A DNA stretch of 64,000 nucleotides. It comes from an uncultured Actinomycetota bacterium. GTDB lineage: Bacteria; Actinomycetota; Actinomycetes; Actinomycetales; CAWJMD01. The stretch is from positions 2,252,459 through 2,316,458 of the forward strand of contig OY969553.1 of NCBI GenBank assembly GCA_963700925.1. Reading direction: 5' to 3'. Of this stretch, positions 46,696-55,640 are shown one piece after another. Below the pieces are notes generated by a model. The model saw nothing but the letters and a program-made list of their open reading frames with translations, did not search any database and was not told where the DNA came from. Position 1 is the stretch's first letter; each line of letters opens with the position of its first letter. A program made the translations under genes and the position numbers.

Positions 46696-46780
46696 CCGGT
46701 AACGCACTCAGCGCCCTGCACGATCCTTGCCAGCCCGACCCGTCCAACCCAGCAGTCCGCAGTACTACCGGAGGAACACC

Positions 46781-47233
46781 GTGACCACGATGAGCACCGA
46801 GGCAGCCAACTTCAACTGGCTCCTGGACAACTTCGTCAAGAGCGTGCCCGACGTCCACCACACCCTGGTCGTCTCCGCGGACGGGCTGTTGATGGCCATG
46901 TCGGACGAGCTCGACCGCACGAGCGGTGACCAGCTCGGCGCGATCGTGGCCGGCATGTCGAGCCTGACCCGGGGGGCCGCTCGCCAGCTCGCCGCCGGTG
47001 AGGTTCGCCAGGCCATCGTCGAGATGGACAGCATGTTCCTGTTCCTGATGAGCGTCGCGGACGGCTCGGTCCTGTCGGTCGTCGCGAACGCCAACTGCGA
47101 CGTCGGCCTGATCGGCTACGAGATGGCGCTCCTGGTCAGCCGAACCGAAGCCACCCTGACGCCGCAGCTCGTGACCGAGATGCGTTCGCGCCTCCCGGTC
47201 CACGGCGCGACGCGCACACCGGCGATGGGGTGA
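46781..47233 (+). CDS. cvnB: Roadblock/LC7 domain protein (CvnB-like)
   Basis: FNWLLDNFVKSVPDVHHTLVVSADGLLMA...DQLGAIVAGMSSL. GGAGGAA precedes GTG 46781; ATG 46790 is an alternative. Confidence 0.85.
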   Translation: MTTMSTEAANFNWLLDNFVKSVPDVHHTLVVSADGLLMAMSDELDRTSGDQLGAIVAGMSSLTRGAARQLAAGEVRQAIVEMDSMFLFLMSVADGSVLSVVANANCDVGLIGYEMALLVSRTEATLTPQLVTEMRSRLPVHGATRTPAMG

Positions 47234-47239
47234 CCCACG

Positions 47240-47647
47240 GTGGCACCTGAACCAACCGGCCGCCGTAGGGTGGTCGACGACGAGGAGGACGCCTCCACAG
47301 TGCGTCCGTACGCCGTCATGGGCGCACGCACCAAGTCGCTGTCGTCCATCGACTTCCCGATCGAGGCGCTCGTCGAGGGGTTGGTCGCGCCGGACGTCCA
47401 GCTGACGCCCGAACGCCGTCGCATCCTCGAGCTCACAGCCACTCAGTACCTGTCCATCATGGAGCTCTCAGCGCACGTGAAGCTCCCCGTAGGAGTCGTC
47501 CGGGTCCTCGTCAGCGACCTGGTCGACCAGCGCAAGGTCCGTATCCATGGACTGACTCCCACCCTGTCCACCACTGGGTCGCGGGACAACACCGCGGCAA
47601 CCCTCAGCGTTCTGGAGAGTGTTCTCAATGGCATTTCCTCGCTCTGA
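47240..47647 (+). CDS. cvnC: DUF742 protein (CvnC-like)
   Basis: VRPYAVMGARTKS and a C-terminal wHTH-like LSIMELSAHVKLPVGVVRVLVSDLV. Third position in the conservon. Confidence 0.85.
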   Translation: MAPEPTGRRRVVDDEEDASTVRPYAVMGARTKSLSSIDFPIEALVEGLVAPDVQLTPERRRILELTATQYLSIMELSAHVKLPVGVVRVLVSDLVDQRKVRIHGLTPTLSTTGSRDNTAATLSVLESVLNGISSL

Positions 47648-48269
47648 CGTCGCCGCCCCCGGCGCGCCCGCGGGGGAGCCGACCCCGCAGCCCACGGTGC
47701 CGGCCCACGAGCCGGCTCCAACAGTCACCAAGATCGTGGTCGCGGGCGGGTTCGCCGTCGGCAAGACGACCTTCATCGGGTCGATCTCCGACATCGAGCC
47801 GCTCTCGACCGAAGCAGCCATGACGGAGCACTCGGTCGGCCTCGACGACGCCGGCGGCGTCTCCGACCGCAAGACCACCACCACCGTGGCGATGGACTTC
47901 GGCCGCATCGCCCTGCCCGGCAACCTGTGGCTGTACCTGTTCGGCACACCTGGCCAGGACCGGTTCCTGTTCATGTGGGACGACCTGGTGCGTGGCGCCA
48001 TCGGCGGCATCGTGCTGGTCGACACCGAGCGGCTCGAGCAGTGCTTCCCGGCGGTCGACTACTTCGAGGCGCGCCAGATCCCGTTCGTCGTGGCCGTGAA
48101 CTGCTTCGACGGCGTGGCCCGCCACGACCTCGACGCCGTCCGCGAGGCGCTGGCGGTTCCGCCGCACGTGCCGATGGTGTACACGGATGCCCGCTCCAAG
48201 CAGGCGACGAAGCACGCCCTGATCACCCTGGTCCAGCTGGCCATGCAGCGGCTCGCCGCTGCCGTCTGA
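47628..48269 (+). CDS. cvnD: Ras-like small GTPase (CvnD/MglA-like ATP/GTP-binding protein)
   Basis: P-loop GGFAVGKTTF, switch II FGTPGQDRF, NCFD (an NKxD variant). Overlaps the cvnC end by 20 nt. Confidence 0.88.
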   Translation: MAFPRSDVAAPGAPAGEPTPQPTVPAHEPAPTVTKIVVAGGFAVGKTTFIGSISDIEPLSTEAAMTEHSVGLDDAGGVSDRKTTTTVAMDFGRIALPGNLWLYLFGTPGQDRFLFMWDDLVRGAIGGIVLVDTERLEQCFPAVDYFEARQIPFVVAVNCFDGVARHDLDAVREALAVPPHVPMVYTDARSKQATKHALITLVQLAMQRLAAAV

Positions 48270-48327
48270 GCTCACGCTCAGGCGCGGCTGCACCAGGCGG
48301 CGCCGTCCGGGGGGACGGAGCGAGGAA

Positions 48328-48358
48328 GGCCCGGCATCTCACGGTGCCGGGCCTTTCT
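48328..48358 (+). terminator. Rho-independent terminator after cvnD
   Basis: GGCCCGGCA-tctcacgg-TGCCGGGCC followed by TTTCT. A smaller hairpin CCGTCC-GGGG-GGACGG lies just upstream (48303-48318). Confidence 0.7.
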
Positions 48359-48427
48359 GTCTGCCTGCGCTCGGGAGGCCGGGCACAACTGGGGGAAAGT
48401 ACGGCCGCTTGACACCGAGAGAGCGCT

Positions 48428-48964
48428 CTAGGCCCACAGTTGCCCCCTCCTGTGCTCACCGAGTCGCGCCGCCTCCGATGCGGCAACCGCGTCCGCCGTC
48501 CGCACGGCCGGGGTCCGGTGGTCCTCACTGGGAAGGTGCTGCCGCAGGTTCGGGGGGACGGGGGTCGCGTGGACGGCGGCGAGCAGGCGGCCGTACGCCC
48601 TCCACTGGTCGGGCGTCATGCCCACGTCCGCGGCGAGGTAGCCGTCGACCCACGGCACGAGTGACACCTGCCGGCCGTCCCGCACGCTGAAGGGCTCGCC
48701 CGACCGCGACGGCATCGGCGATAACACGCCCGGGACGCCGAGGGCCGCGAGGTGTCGGGCGACCAGGAGCCCGGCGGGATCGACGCGGCTCGTGGCCTTG
48801 AGGGCAACAGTGCTGCCCTGCTCGGTGAAGCCCTTGAAGACGACGGCGTCGACGTCCTCGCCGCCGCCAACAGGCATGGGGGACGTGAGCCGCACCCCGA
48901 AGTCGTCCTCCGCCTGCCGCAGGGCGGCGCTCGACTGCATGCGCGCCAGGATCCCCCGGCGCAC
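48428..48964 (-). pseudogene. Truncated phosphotransferase (APH/choline-kinase family), N-lobe only
   Basis: The 178 aa resemble an APH N-lobe (VALKATSRVDPAGLLVARHLAALGVP...PWVDG...WRAYGRLLAAVH). It stops before any HGDxxxxN catalytic loop, and no continuation appears in any frame downstream. Confidence 0.45.
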
Positions 48965-49143
48965 GGAGCGGTGCGAGTGAGTTCTTCAGGCGGGTCTTGC
49001 GGTCTAGTCCGTGGACGAAGTGTCCGCGATGCGAGACGGCCCTTCGCGTAGGGAAGGCGTCGCATCACCCTGGGGTTCCCAGTGTTGACCCAGCACCCCA
49101 GGCAAAGGCCCGCCAGGGGGGCGCCCACGCGCGAGGAGCCGAT

Positions 49144-50076
49144 GTGCCCACCATCTACGACGACGTCACTGCCCTGATCGGGCGGACACCGCTGGTCCGG
49201 CTCAACCGGATCACCGACGGGGCGAAGGCCACCGTGCTGGCGAAGCTCGAGTTCTACAACCCGGCCAGCTCGGTCAAGGACCGCATCGGTGTCTCGATGA
49301 TCGACGCCGCGGAGGCGTCGGGGCAGCTCAAGCCCGAGGGTGCGATCGTCGAGGCGACCAGCGGCAACACCGGCATCGCCCTTGCGATGGTGGGCGCAGC
49401 GCGCGGTTACAAGGTGATCCTCACGATGCCGGAGACGATGAGCAAGGAGCGCCGGGGCCTGCTGCGCGCGTTCGGTGCGGAGCTGGTGCTCACCCCCGGC
49501 TCCGAGGGCATGAAGGGCGCGGTCGCCAAGGCTGTCGAGATCGCCCAGGAGACAGGGGCTGTCGAGGTTCGGCAGTTCGCCAACGAGGCGAACCCCGCGA
49601 TCCACCGCAAGACGACCGCCGAGGAGATCTGGGGCGACACCGACGGTGAGGTCGACATCGTGGTGTGCGGAATCGGCACGGGCGGAACCATCACGGGCGT
49701 CGGCCAGGTGCTCAAGGAGCGCAAGCCGAGTGTGCAGATGATCGCCGTCGAGCCCGAGGAGTCGCCGATCCTCAACGGTGGCCCTCCCGGTCCGCACAAG
49801 ATCCAGGGCATCGGGGCCAACTTCGTGCCGGAGATCCTGGACCGTGAGATCTACGACGAGGTCATCGACGTCAACGCCGAGACGTCGGTCAAGTGGGCCC
49901 GGCGGGCCGCTGCCGAGGAGGGCCTGCTGGTGGGGCTGTCGTCCGGGGCCGCTCTGGCCGCCGCGATCCAGGTGGCGCAGCGCGAGGAGAACGCCGGCAA
50001 GACGGTCGTCGTCGTCATCCCGTCGTTCGGCGAGCGCTACCTGTCGACGATCCTCTACAGCGACCTGATGGACTGA
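49144..50076 (+). CDS. cysK: Cysteine synthase A (O-acetylserine sulfhydrylase)
   Basis: [12 protein letters not shown]...[16 protein letters not shown] (PLP lysine) ...[10 protein letters not shown]...[16 protein letters not shown] lies 5 nt before GTG 49144, giving 310 aa. Confidence 0.93.
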   Translation: MPTIYDDVTALIGRTPLVRLNRITDGAKATVLAKLEFYNPASSVKDRIGVSMIDAAEASGQLKPEGAIVEATSGNTGIALAMVGAARGYKVILTMPETMSKERRGLLRAFGAELVLTPGSEGMKGAVAKAVEIAQETGAVEVRQFANEANPAIHRKTTAEEIWGDTDGEVDIVVCGIGTGGTITGVGQVLKERKPSVQMIAVEPEESPILNGGPPGPHKIQGIGANFVPEILDREIYDEVIDVNAETSVKWARRAAAEEGLLVGLSSGAALAAAIQVAQREENAGKTVVVVIPSFGERYLSTILYSDLMD

Positions 50077-50078
50077 GA

Positions 50079-50753
50079 GTGCTGGTGAGGCGGGGACCGG
50101 ACGGCGGTCCCGGCGCCGGTCCGGGGGTGATCCCCGTCTCGGCCCGGACGGCCGGAGCGGTGCGGTTGGCTCGCTCGGCGCTGGTCCGGCTGCGGGAGGA
50201 CCTGGCGACGGCCCGGCGCCGCGACCCGGCCGTGCGCAGCGACGCCGAGCTGGTCCTGGCCTACCCCGGCCTGCACGCCATCTGGCTGCACCGGGTCGCG
50301 CACAAGTGGTGGGCCCGCCCCGATCTGCGGCTGGCGGCGCGCGTTCTCTCCCACGTGAACCGGATGGTCACTGGCATCGAGATCCACCCTGGCGCCCAGA
50401 TCGGCCGGCGCTTCTTCATCGACCACGGGATGGGTGTCGTCATCGGCGAGACCGCAGAGGTCGGTGACGACGTGATGCTCTACCACGGCGTCACTCTCGG
50501 CGGACGGTCGATGGCCAAGACCAAGCGCCACCCCACCATCGGGGACGGTGTCGTGATCGGGGCCGGAGCCCGCGTTCTCGGCCCGGTCGTCGTGGGGGCC
50601 CACGCCCAGATCGGCGCGAACGCGGTGGTCGTCAAGGACGTGCCGGAGGGCGCCGTCGTCGTCGGAGTGCCGGGACGTGTCCGAGACCTGCCCCCGGCCG
50701 TCGTTGCTCATCTGCACGACGACGAGCTCATCGACCCCGCGATCTGGATCTAG
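50079..50753 (+). CDS. cysE: Serine O-acetyltransferase
   Basis: [27 protein letters not shown], then hexapeptide repeats ([44 protein letters not shown]). The start is uncertain: GTG 50079, 50085 or 50127. Confidence 0.9.
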   Translation: MLVRRGPDGGPGAGPGVIPVSARTAGAVRLARSALVRLREDLATARRRDPAVRSDAELVLAYPGLHAIWLHRVAHKWWARPDLRLAARVLSHVNRMVTGIEIHPGAQIGRRFFIDHGMGVVIGETAEVGDDVMLYHGVTLGGRSMAKTKRHPTIGDGVVIGAGARVLGPVVVGAHAQIGANAVVVKDVPEGAVVVGVPGRVRDLPPAVVAHLHDDELIDPAIWI

Positions 50754-50770
50754 CTGCACCAAGCGCGAAA

Positions 50771-50819
50771 CGGCGTGTTCCCGGTGTCCTGACGGTCGTC
50801 AGGCAGCGGGAACACGCCG
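50771..50819. terminator. Compound hairpin between convergent cysE and the PAC2 gene (bidirectional terminator candidate)
   Basis: Perfect 13-bp outer stem CGGCGTGTTCCCG/CGGGAACACGCCG enclosing an inner 7-bp stem CCTGACG/CGTCAGG. Confidence 0.6.
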
Positions 50820-50840
50820 ATTCGCGATGGGTGGTGGAGG

Positions 50841-51785
50841 TCAGTCGCTTGTGTCGAGGCCGCGCAGGAAGTCCTCGAGCTCGGCGGCCAGCTCGTCGCC
50901 GCCAGGCATCTCGTCGTCGGGCAGGGTCGGGCTCAGCAGGCCGGTACCGCTCAGTGACCGGCCAGCGGTGACCGCGTCGTAGTTGCGCTCCAGACCCTGC
51001 ACTGCCTGCAGCGTCTGGGGCGAGTCAGCCACCTGGGCGTCGATCTGCGTCAGCACCGAGGTACCCGCCTCGCGCAGCGCAGCGGTCGGCAGCGAGAGCC
51101 CCGCGACGTCTGCTACCGCCTCGAGCAAAGCCGTTGCCGCAGGCGGGAACTCAGCCTCGGCGAGATAGTGCGGCACGTGCGCCGTGAAGCCGACGGCGTC
51201 GTGCCCCGCCTGGGTCGCCCGCAGCTCGAGGAGGGCGCCGACATGACCGGGCACGTCGACATCACCGATCCAGCGAGGGCGACCGGCGATCAGCTCGCGG
51301 CTGCTGGCGTGCGACGTCAGGCCGATCGGGCGCGTGTGCGGAGCTGCCCACGGAATGCCGTGGATGCCTGCCACGAGCCCGATGCCGAGGTGGTCGACCA
51401 GCTGCAGCACAGCCGCGACGAAGCGCTCCCACTGGAAGTCGGGCTCGGGGCCAGACAGCAGGTAGAACTCCTGCCCGGTCTCGTCCGTGAGGGAGTGCAC
51501 CGTCAGCCGGTGCTGGTCGATGTCGGTGAATCGGTCCGACCTGAAGGTCATTCGCGGACGGCGTCCGCGGTAGTCGATCAGCTGGTCAACGTCGAAGTGG
51601 GCCACGTCTCGTGCCGGCAGCTCGCTGAGCAGGTGCTGGACGGTGAGGTTCGCGGCCTGTCCCGCGTCCACGAAACCGGTCAGCGCGTGCAGGAGCACAG
51701 GGCGCCCGGTCTGCGCGACCGGATCGTGGGCAACGGCCGGGTCGATGACATCGACCAGGTCGTACAGGTCCTCTGGGGAAAGCAT
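50841..51785 (-). CDS. PAC2 (proteasome assembly chaperone 2-like) family protein
   Basis: Start at MLSPEDLYDL (complement 51783-51785, after GAGGTG). VLLHALTGFVDAGQAA...GIHGIPWAAPHTRP are typical actinobacterial PAC2 blocks. Confidence 0.8.
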   Translation of the reverse strand: MLSPEDLYDLVDVIDPAVAHDPVAQTGRPVLLHALTGFVDAGQAANLTVQHLLSELPARDVAHFDVDQLIDYRGRRPRMTFRSDRFTDIDQHRLTVHSLTDETGQEFYLLSGPEPDFQWERFVAAVLQLVDHLGIGLVAGIHGIPWAAPHTRPIGLTSHASSRELIAGRPRWIGDVDVPGHVGALLELRATQAGHDAVGFTAHVPHYLAEAEFPPAATALLEAVADVAGLSLPTAALREAGTSVLTQIDAQVADSPQTLQAVQGLERNYDAVTAGRSLSGTGLLSPTLPDDEMPGGDELAAELEDFLRGLDTSD

Positions 51786-51850
51786 GATCACCTCGTGTAG
51801 TTCGTCGAGAGGTTCAACGCCCCTGCACGTGGTGGTTGTTCCGCCAGAGG

Positions 51851-52390
51851 TCAGAACCTCCCCTGCGCCAGCCGGGCGTTGATCTCCCGCACCTGGCCGG
51901 GGATCATGCAGGCGTTCACGATCCACCAGACGAGGACGCCGAGCAGCGGCAGCGCGCCGAAGAAGAAGATCCACAGCGTGGCGATGCCGAACAGCCAGAG
52001 CAGGAGGATGCCCACGCCGGCGCCGATCTGGTTCAGGTAGAACCGGTCCGCGCCGAAGTGCCCGAGGAACAGCCACAGCAGGAACGCGACCGTCTGGTCC
52101 TTGTAGGCGACGGGCGGGCCCTGGTGGACGTGGTGCACGACCTGGCCCCCCGGCGTGTGCTGCTCCTGGGGCGTGTACCGCTGCACCTGGCCCCTCTGCA
52201 CCTGGCCGAACGGCTGATGCCTGGGCTGCTGCTGCCCGTACTGCTGCTGCCCGTACTGCTGCTGGGGGTACTGGACCGGTGGCTGCTGATGGCGCGGGGG
52301 TGACGGCTGTTGGGGCTGGACCGGGACATGCTTGGTCAGCGGCACCGGCTCGTCCTCGGCGGGCCTATTGCTGGACGTGTTCTCGCTCAT
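51851..52390 (-). CDS. TM2-domain membrane protein with Gln/Pro-rich N-terminal region
   Basis: LWLFLGHFGADRFYLNQ TM2 signature and two TM helices. The N-terminus has QQQYGQQQYGQQQ repeats. Start at MSENTSS (complement 52388-52390). Confidence 0.8.
   Translation of the reverse strand: MSENTSSNRPAEDEPVPLTKHVPVQPQQPSPPRHQQPPVQYPQQQYGQQQYGQQQPRHQPFGQVQRGQVQRYTPQEQHTPGGQVVHHVHQGPPVAYKDQTVAFLLWLFLGHFGADRFYLNQIGAGVGILLLWLFGIATLWIFFFGALPLLGVLVWWIVNACMIPGQVREINARLAQGRF
52226..52270. repeat. 3 x 15-nt tandem repeat (ctgctgctgcccgta) inside the TM2 gene
   Basis: Read directly. Encodes the YGQQQ repeats on the minus strand. The third unit has two mismatches. Confidence 0.8.
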
Positions 52391-52481
52391 CGTCGCTCCC
52401 CCACGTAGGCGCCGTGGCTGCGGCGCGTAGGGCTCCAGGTTATCGAGATCCCGCGTCCGTCGAGCCCAGGTGCTCGACGGG

Positions 52482-52913
52482 TCAGCCGCCGGGCTGCACG
52501 GGCAGTCCGGCCTCGCGCCAGGCCCGGAACCCACCGGCGAGGTCGGTGGCCCGGACCAGGCCGATGCCCCGCAGCGACGCCGCTGCGAAGCTCGACGCGT
52601 AGCCCTCCTGGCAGATCACGACGACGAGGTCGTCGAATCCCGGGGCTTCCGCGATGCGGGCGTCGCCGACGGGGTCGAGGCGCCACTCCAGCACGTTGCG
52701 CTCGATCACCAGGGCCCTCGGCACCATCCCTTCCGCCGCTCGCTGTGCGGCCGGACGGATGTCGACCAGCAGTGCTCCATCCAGCTGGGCGACCCGGGCA
52801 GCGGCCGGGTCGAGGCGAACGAGGCCGTTGCGAGCCTCGGCCAGACGATCGTCGACGGTGCTGCGGTCGGCCGTCGTGGTCGGCGTGGTCGGCGCGGGCG
52901 GCGCAGCGCTCAT
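52482..52913 (-). CDS. Rhodanese-like domain protein
   Basis: LLVDIRPAAQRAAEG...VVVICQEGYASSFAAASL with the active-site loop CQEGYAS. Its ATG overlaps the stop of the dioxygenase gene (ATGA). Confidence 0.8.
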   Translation of the reverse strand: MSAAPPAPTTPTTTADRSTVDDRLAEARNGLVRLDPAAARVAQLDGALLVDIRPAAQRAAEGMVPRALVIERNVLEWRLDPVGDARIAEAPGFDDLVVVICQEGYASSFAAASLRGIGLVRATDLAGGFRAWREAGLPVQPGG

Positions 52914-53437
52914 CACTGCTGCTCCGGCTCGTCCCCGCGCACTGTGCGCACAGGCTTGAGCCGTCCGAAAACCCATTCGTAGTAAGTCATCTCGGTGAGC
53001 CGTGGCGAGTACGCGTGGATGCTGACGGCGGGCTCCGCGAGCTCGTTGCGCACGTCGTGCACCGCACCGGGCTCGATCGTGGCGACGAGACCGGGAGTGA
53101 ACTTGCGAGGCTTCAGCCGACCCTGGCTGTCGGGGCGGATCTCGTGGAGCGCGCCGCGTACGACGGTGAACGCGGCCTCTGACCGGCCGTGGTCGTGCAG
53201 GTCCGTGCCCTGGGACGTCAGCCAGGTCAGGACCCAGACGTCGACGTCGGCGGGGCCATCGAGGCGCGCCCAGTGGCGCTCGGTGCTGGCGGGGTCGGTG
53301 GTGCCGTGGCCGATGCGGGCAAGACTCGCAGCGGGCTCCCACAGCTCGGGTCGCGCAGCGACGTCGGCCACCAGGCGTGGCAGATCGATGGTGCTTCGAG
53401 GAGGGTCGGACGGACGCGTGACAGCGGTGACGGACAT
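52913..53437 (-). CDS. Cysteine dioxygenase type I family (cupin) protein
   Basis: Cupin 3-His pattern (GTDLHDHG ... GAVHDVRN) and the overall bacterial CDO layout. About 174 aa. Confidence 0.8.
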   Translation of the reverse strand: MSVTAVTRPSDPPRSTIDLPRLVADVAARPELWEPAASLARIGHGTTDPASTERHWARLDGPADVDVWVLTWLTSQGTDLHDHGRSEAAFTVVRGALHEIRPDSQGRLKPRKFTPGLVATIEPGAVHDVRNELAEPAVSIHAYSPRLTEMTYYEWVFGRLKPVRTVRGDEPEQQ

Positions 53438-53546
53438 GGGTGTGCCTCTCGATCAGGTTGTGCCAGAAGGGATGTGGGTGGTTGTCAGCGAAACGCGCGA
53501 CAACAGCACGCCGGCATCCGGCACAGGTCGATCTCGAGACGGCGGG

Positions 53547-53591
53547 TCAGCAGCATGCGAGACCCGGTGAGAGGTGGGGTGTGCTGCTCAT
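53547..53591 (-). CDS. Candidate 14-aa leader peptide ending in Cys-Cys
   Basis: ATG AGC AGC ACA CCC CAC CTC TCA CCG GGT CTC GCA TGC TGC TGA (MSSTPHLSPGLACC). GGAGG lies 7 nt upstream of the ATG. It sits 110 nt upstream of the cysteine dioxygenase start. Confidence 0.35.
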   Translation of the reverse strand: MSSTPHLSPGLACC

Positions 53592-53866
53592 GGACGGACC
53601 TCCATCGGTCCTGGCGGTAGCACCCACACCCCAGGTGGGGCGGGTTGCTGCGACGTCGACGAGCCAGGTCTCTCGGCCGCTCTGGATGGGCTCCGCCAGC
53701 CTTGCTGGCTCCCGAGGTTCGAGCAAGTACGGCTCAGAATGTGGACGTTTGACGATGGTGGCGGGTGAACAATCGCTTTGCCTACGGAGCGCGACGGGAC
53801 CTTCGACCCTGCCTGGCTGCTGGCGACGGGGGCAGAGTCGGCAGCAAGAGAGGGAGGTGTGTGCTC

Positions 53867-54667
53867 GTGGACGTTCGACTGACTGCCGGACTGAGCATCA
53901 TGCACGCTCCGGAGACCTTGCCCGAGCCGCTGCGCGAGGAGTGGCAGAGCCTGGTCGAACGCACATCCGACCCGGCGACCTTCAGCGTTGATCTCGTGCC
54001 GGGCCTCCCGGCCCCCGCACAGCGTTGGCTGTTGCACTCCATCGAGCCCGGCACGCCCCTGCGGCGCTCGGCAGTGCTGCGCCAGCACGGCAAGATCAAG
54101 GTGGGTCGCTGGATGACGTACGAAGCCGATTGGGTGCTCTCGCCACCGGTGGGCTACATCTGGGCGGCGACAACCCACGTCGGGCCCCTCTTCGTTCGCG
54201 GTTCCGACACGTTGACCCACGGGGCCGGGGCGATGCGATGGCGCATCCTCGGTCGTATCCCGTTCATGTCCGTCACCGGACCCGACGTCGACCGCAGTGC
54301 CATGGGCCGGCTCGCCGGCGAGCTGTGCTTCGTGCCGGCGGTGGCCCTGTCACCAGCCGTCCAGTGGGAGCCGGTCGACGACCATCGTGCGGTGGCGTGC
54401 GTCCGGGCTCATGGTGTGACGCACCGGGTCACGATGACCATTGGCCCGACCGGACGGCTCGAGCGCATCGACGTCCCACGCTGGGACCACCCTGATGGCA
54501 AGGCGTTTCACGAGCATCACTTCACTGCGGTGATGGACGGCGCCGAGGGAAAGTTCGACGGGTTCACAATCCCCACCAGCTGCAGTGCGGGCTGGTGGCA
54601 CTGCCCTGACGAGTGCGCGACCGAGGAGTTCATCCGCTTCACGATTGACCACGCCACCTACCTGTGA
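53867..54667 (+). CDS. Conserved hypothetical protein (DUF6544-like)
   Basis: High-GC3 ORF. PEPLREEWQSLV...PAPAQRWLLHSIEPGTPL...GKIKVGRWMTYEADW resembles the DUF6544 family as I recall it. GTG 53867 lies 9 nt after GGAGG; ATG 53900 is an alternative. Confidence 0.6.
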   Translation: MDVRLTAGLSIMHAPETLPEPLREEWQSLVERTSDPATFSVDLVPGLPAPAQRWLLHSIEPGTPLRRSAVLRQHGKIKVGRWMTYEADWVLSPPVGYIWAATTHVGPLFVRGSDTLTHGAGAMRWRILGRIPFMSVTGPDVDRSAMGRLAGELCFVPAVALSPAVQWEPVDDHRAVACVRAHGVTHRVTMTIGPTGRLERIDVPRWDHPDGKAFHEHHFTAVMDGAEGKFDGFTIPTSCSAGWWHCPDECATEEFIRFTIDHATYL

Positions 54668-54704
54668 CGAGATCCGTTCCCGTTCAACGCTGCTCGTGGC
54701 TGGC

Positions 54705-55619
54705 TCAGCGGTACCCCGTGGTGTCGGCGGGCTTCCCCGCGTCCTGAACCTCGGGCATGTAGCGCCACGCGTCGGGTTGGCTGCCGTCGACGTCGGTGAA
54801 GCCGTACACCTTGGCGAGCTGTCCGCTCGACAGGGACTGACCGTTCCAGCGGGCCACGTCGGGGTCGGCGGCTAGCGCGGCCACGGCACGGCCGACGAAC
54901 GCCGGGCTCTCGGAGATGGCGAAGTGGGGAATCCGCTCGGTCGCGTCGTGCCAGCTCTCCTCGGTCACGCCGAAGGCCTCGAGCATGGCCTCGGAGCGAA
55001 GCCAGCCCGGAGTGACCGCCACCGCTGTCGCTCCGTGCGCCGCCAGCTCGTGGCCCATGGCGAAGGCGGCGCGGAGATTGGCGGCCTTCGCCATGTCGTA
55101 GAAGAACGACACGCGGTAGTTGGTGGCGTTGTACTCGGCGGTGCCGTCCGTCACCTCGACGACAAGCCCACCGGCAGACTTGATCAGCAGGGGCAGCGCG
55201 AAATGCGCTGTGATGGCGTGGGTATCGACCGCCAGCCGCAGCAGTCGCAGACCGGTATCGAGCGACGACTCCCAGACGGTCTTGTCCCACTCCATCGTGG
55301 TCGCGCCGAAGATGTCGTTGACGAGCACGTGCAGGGCGCCCTGCTCCTGCTCGATGCGCTTCACCAGCGCCTCGACCTGGTCCGGCTCGAGGTGGTCGAC
55401 CTGGACGGGGATCCCGTGCCCTCCGGCGGCGTCCACGAGCGCAGCGGTCTCCTCGATCGTCTCCGGCCGGTTCATCTCCGAGCGTTCGCGCTGGGTCGTC
55501 CGCGCTGTGCAGTAGACGGTCGCGCCGGCGGCGCCGAGCTGCACGGCGATGCCGCGCCCAGCGCCGCGAGAGGCGCCGGTTACGAGGGCAACTCGGCCCT
55601 TGAGAGGTTGCTTCTCCAT
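54705..55619 (-). CDS. SDR-family oxidoreductase
   Basis: VALVTGASRGAGRGIA (TGxxxGxG) and a downstream YxxxK-type region (FYDMAKAA). Confidence 0.85.
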   Translation of the reverse strand: MEKQPLKGRVALVTGASRGAGRGIAVQLGAAGATVYCTARTTQRERSEMNRPETIEETAALVDAAGGHGIPVQVDHLEPDQVEALVKRIEQEQGALHVLVNDIFGATTMEWDKTVWESSLDTGLRLLRLAVDTHAITAHFALPLLIKSAGGLVVEVTDGTAEYNATNYRVSFFYDMAKAANLRAAFAMGHELAAHGATAVAVTPGWLRSEAMLEAFGVTEESWHDATERIPHFAISESPAFVGRAVAALAADPDVARWNGQSLSSGQLAKVYGFTDVDGSQPDAWRYMPEVQDAGKPADTTGYR

Positions 55620-55640
55620 GGTGACTTCCGGATGCGCTGC

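Noticed and set aside
48997-49143. In-frame 49-codon N-terminal extension of cysK containing CPRC
   Set aside because: CysK homologues start at the V/MPTIYDD-type sequence. A GAGGAG RBS sits directly before GTG 49144, and the extension has poor codon bias. It was kept only as part of the structured-leader observation.
53440-54220. ORFs of 183 aa (+) and 210 aa (-) in the region between the dioxygenase and the DUF6544-like gene
   Set aside because: The composition is not protein-like (Arg/Pro/Ser-rich) and there is no RBS. The minus ORF is antisense to the DUF6544-like gene. Only the 14-codon uORF with a strong SD was kept as a candidate.
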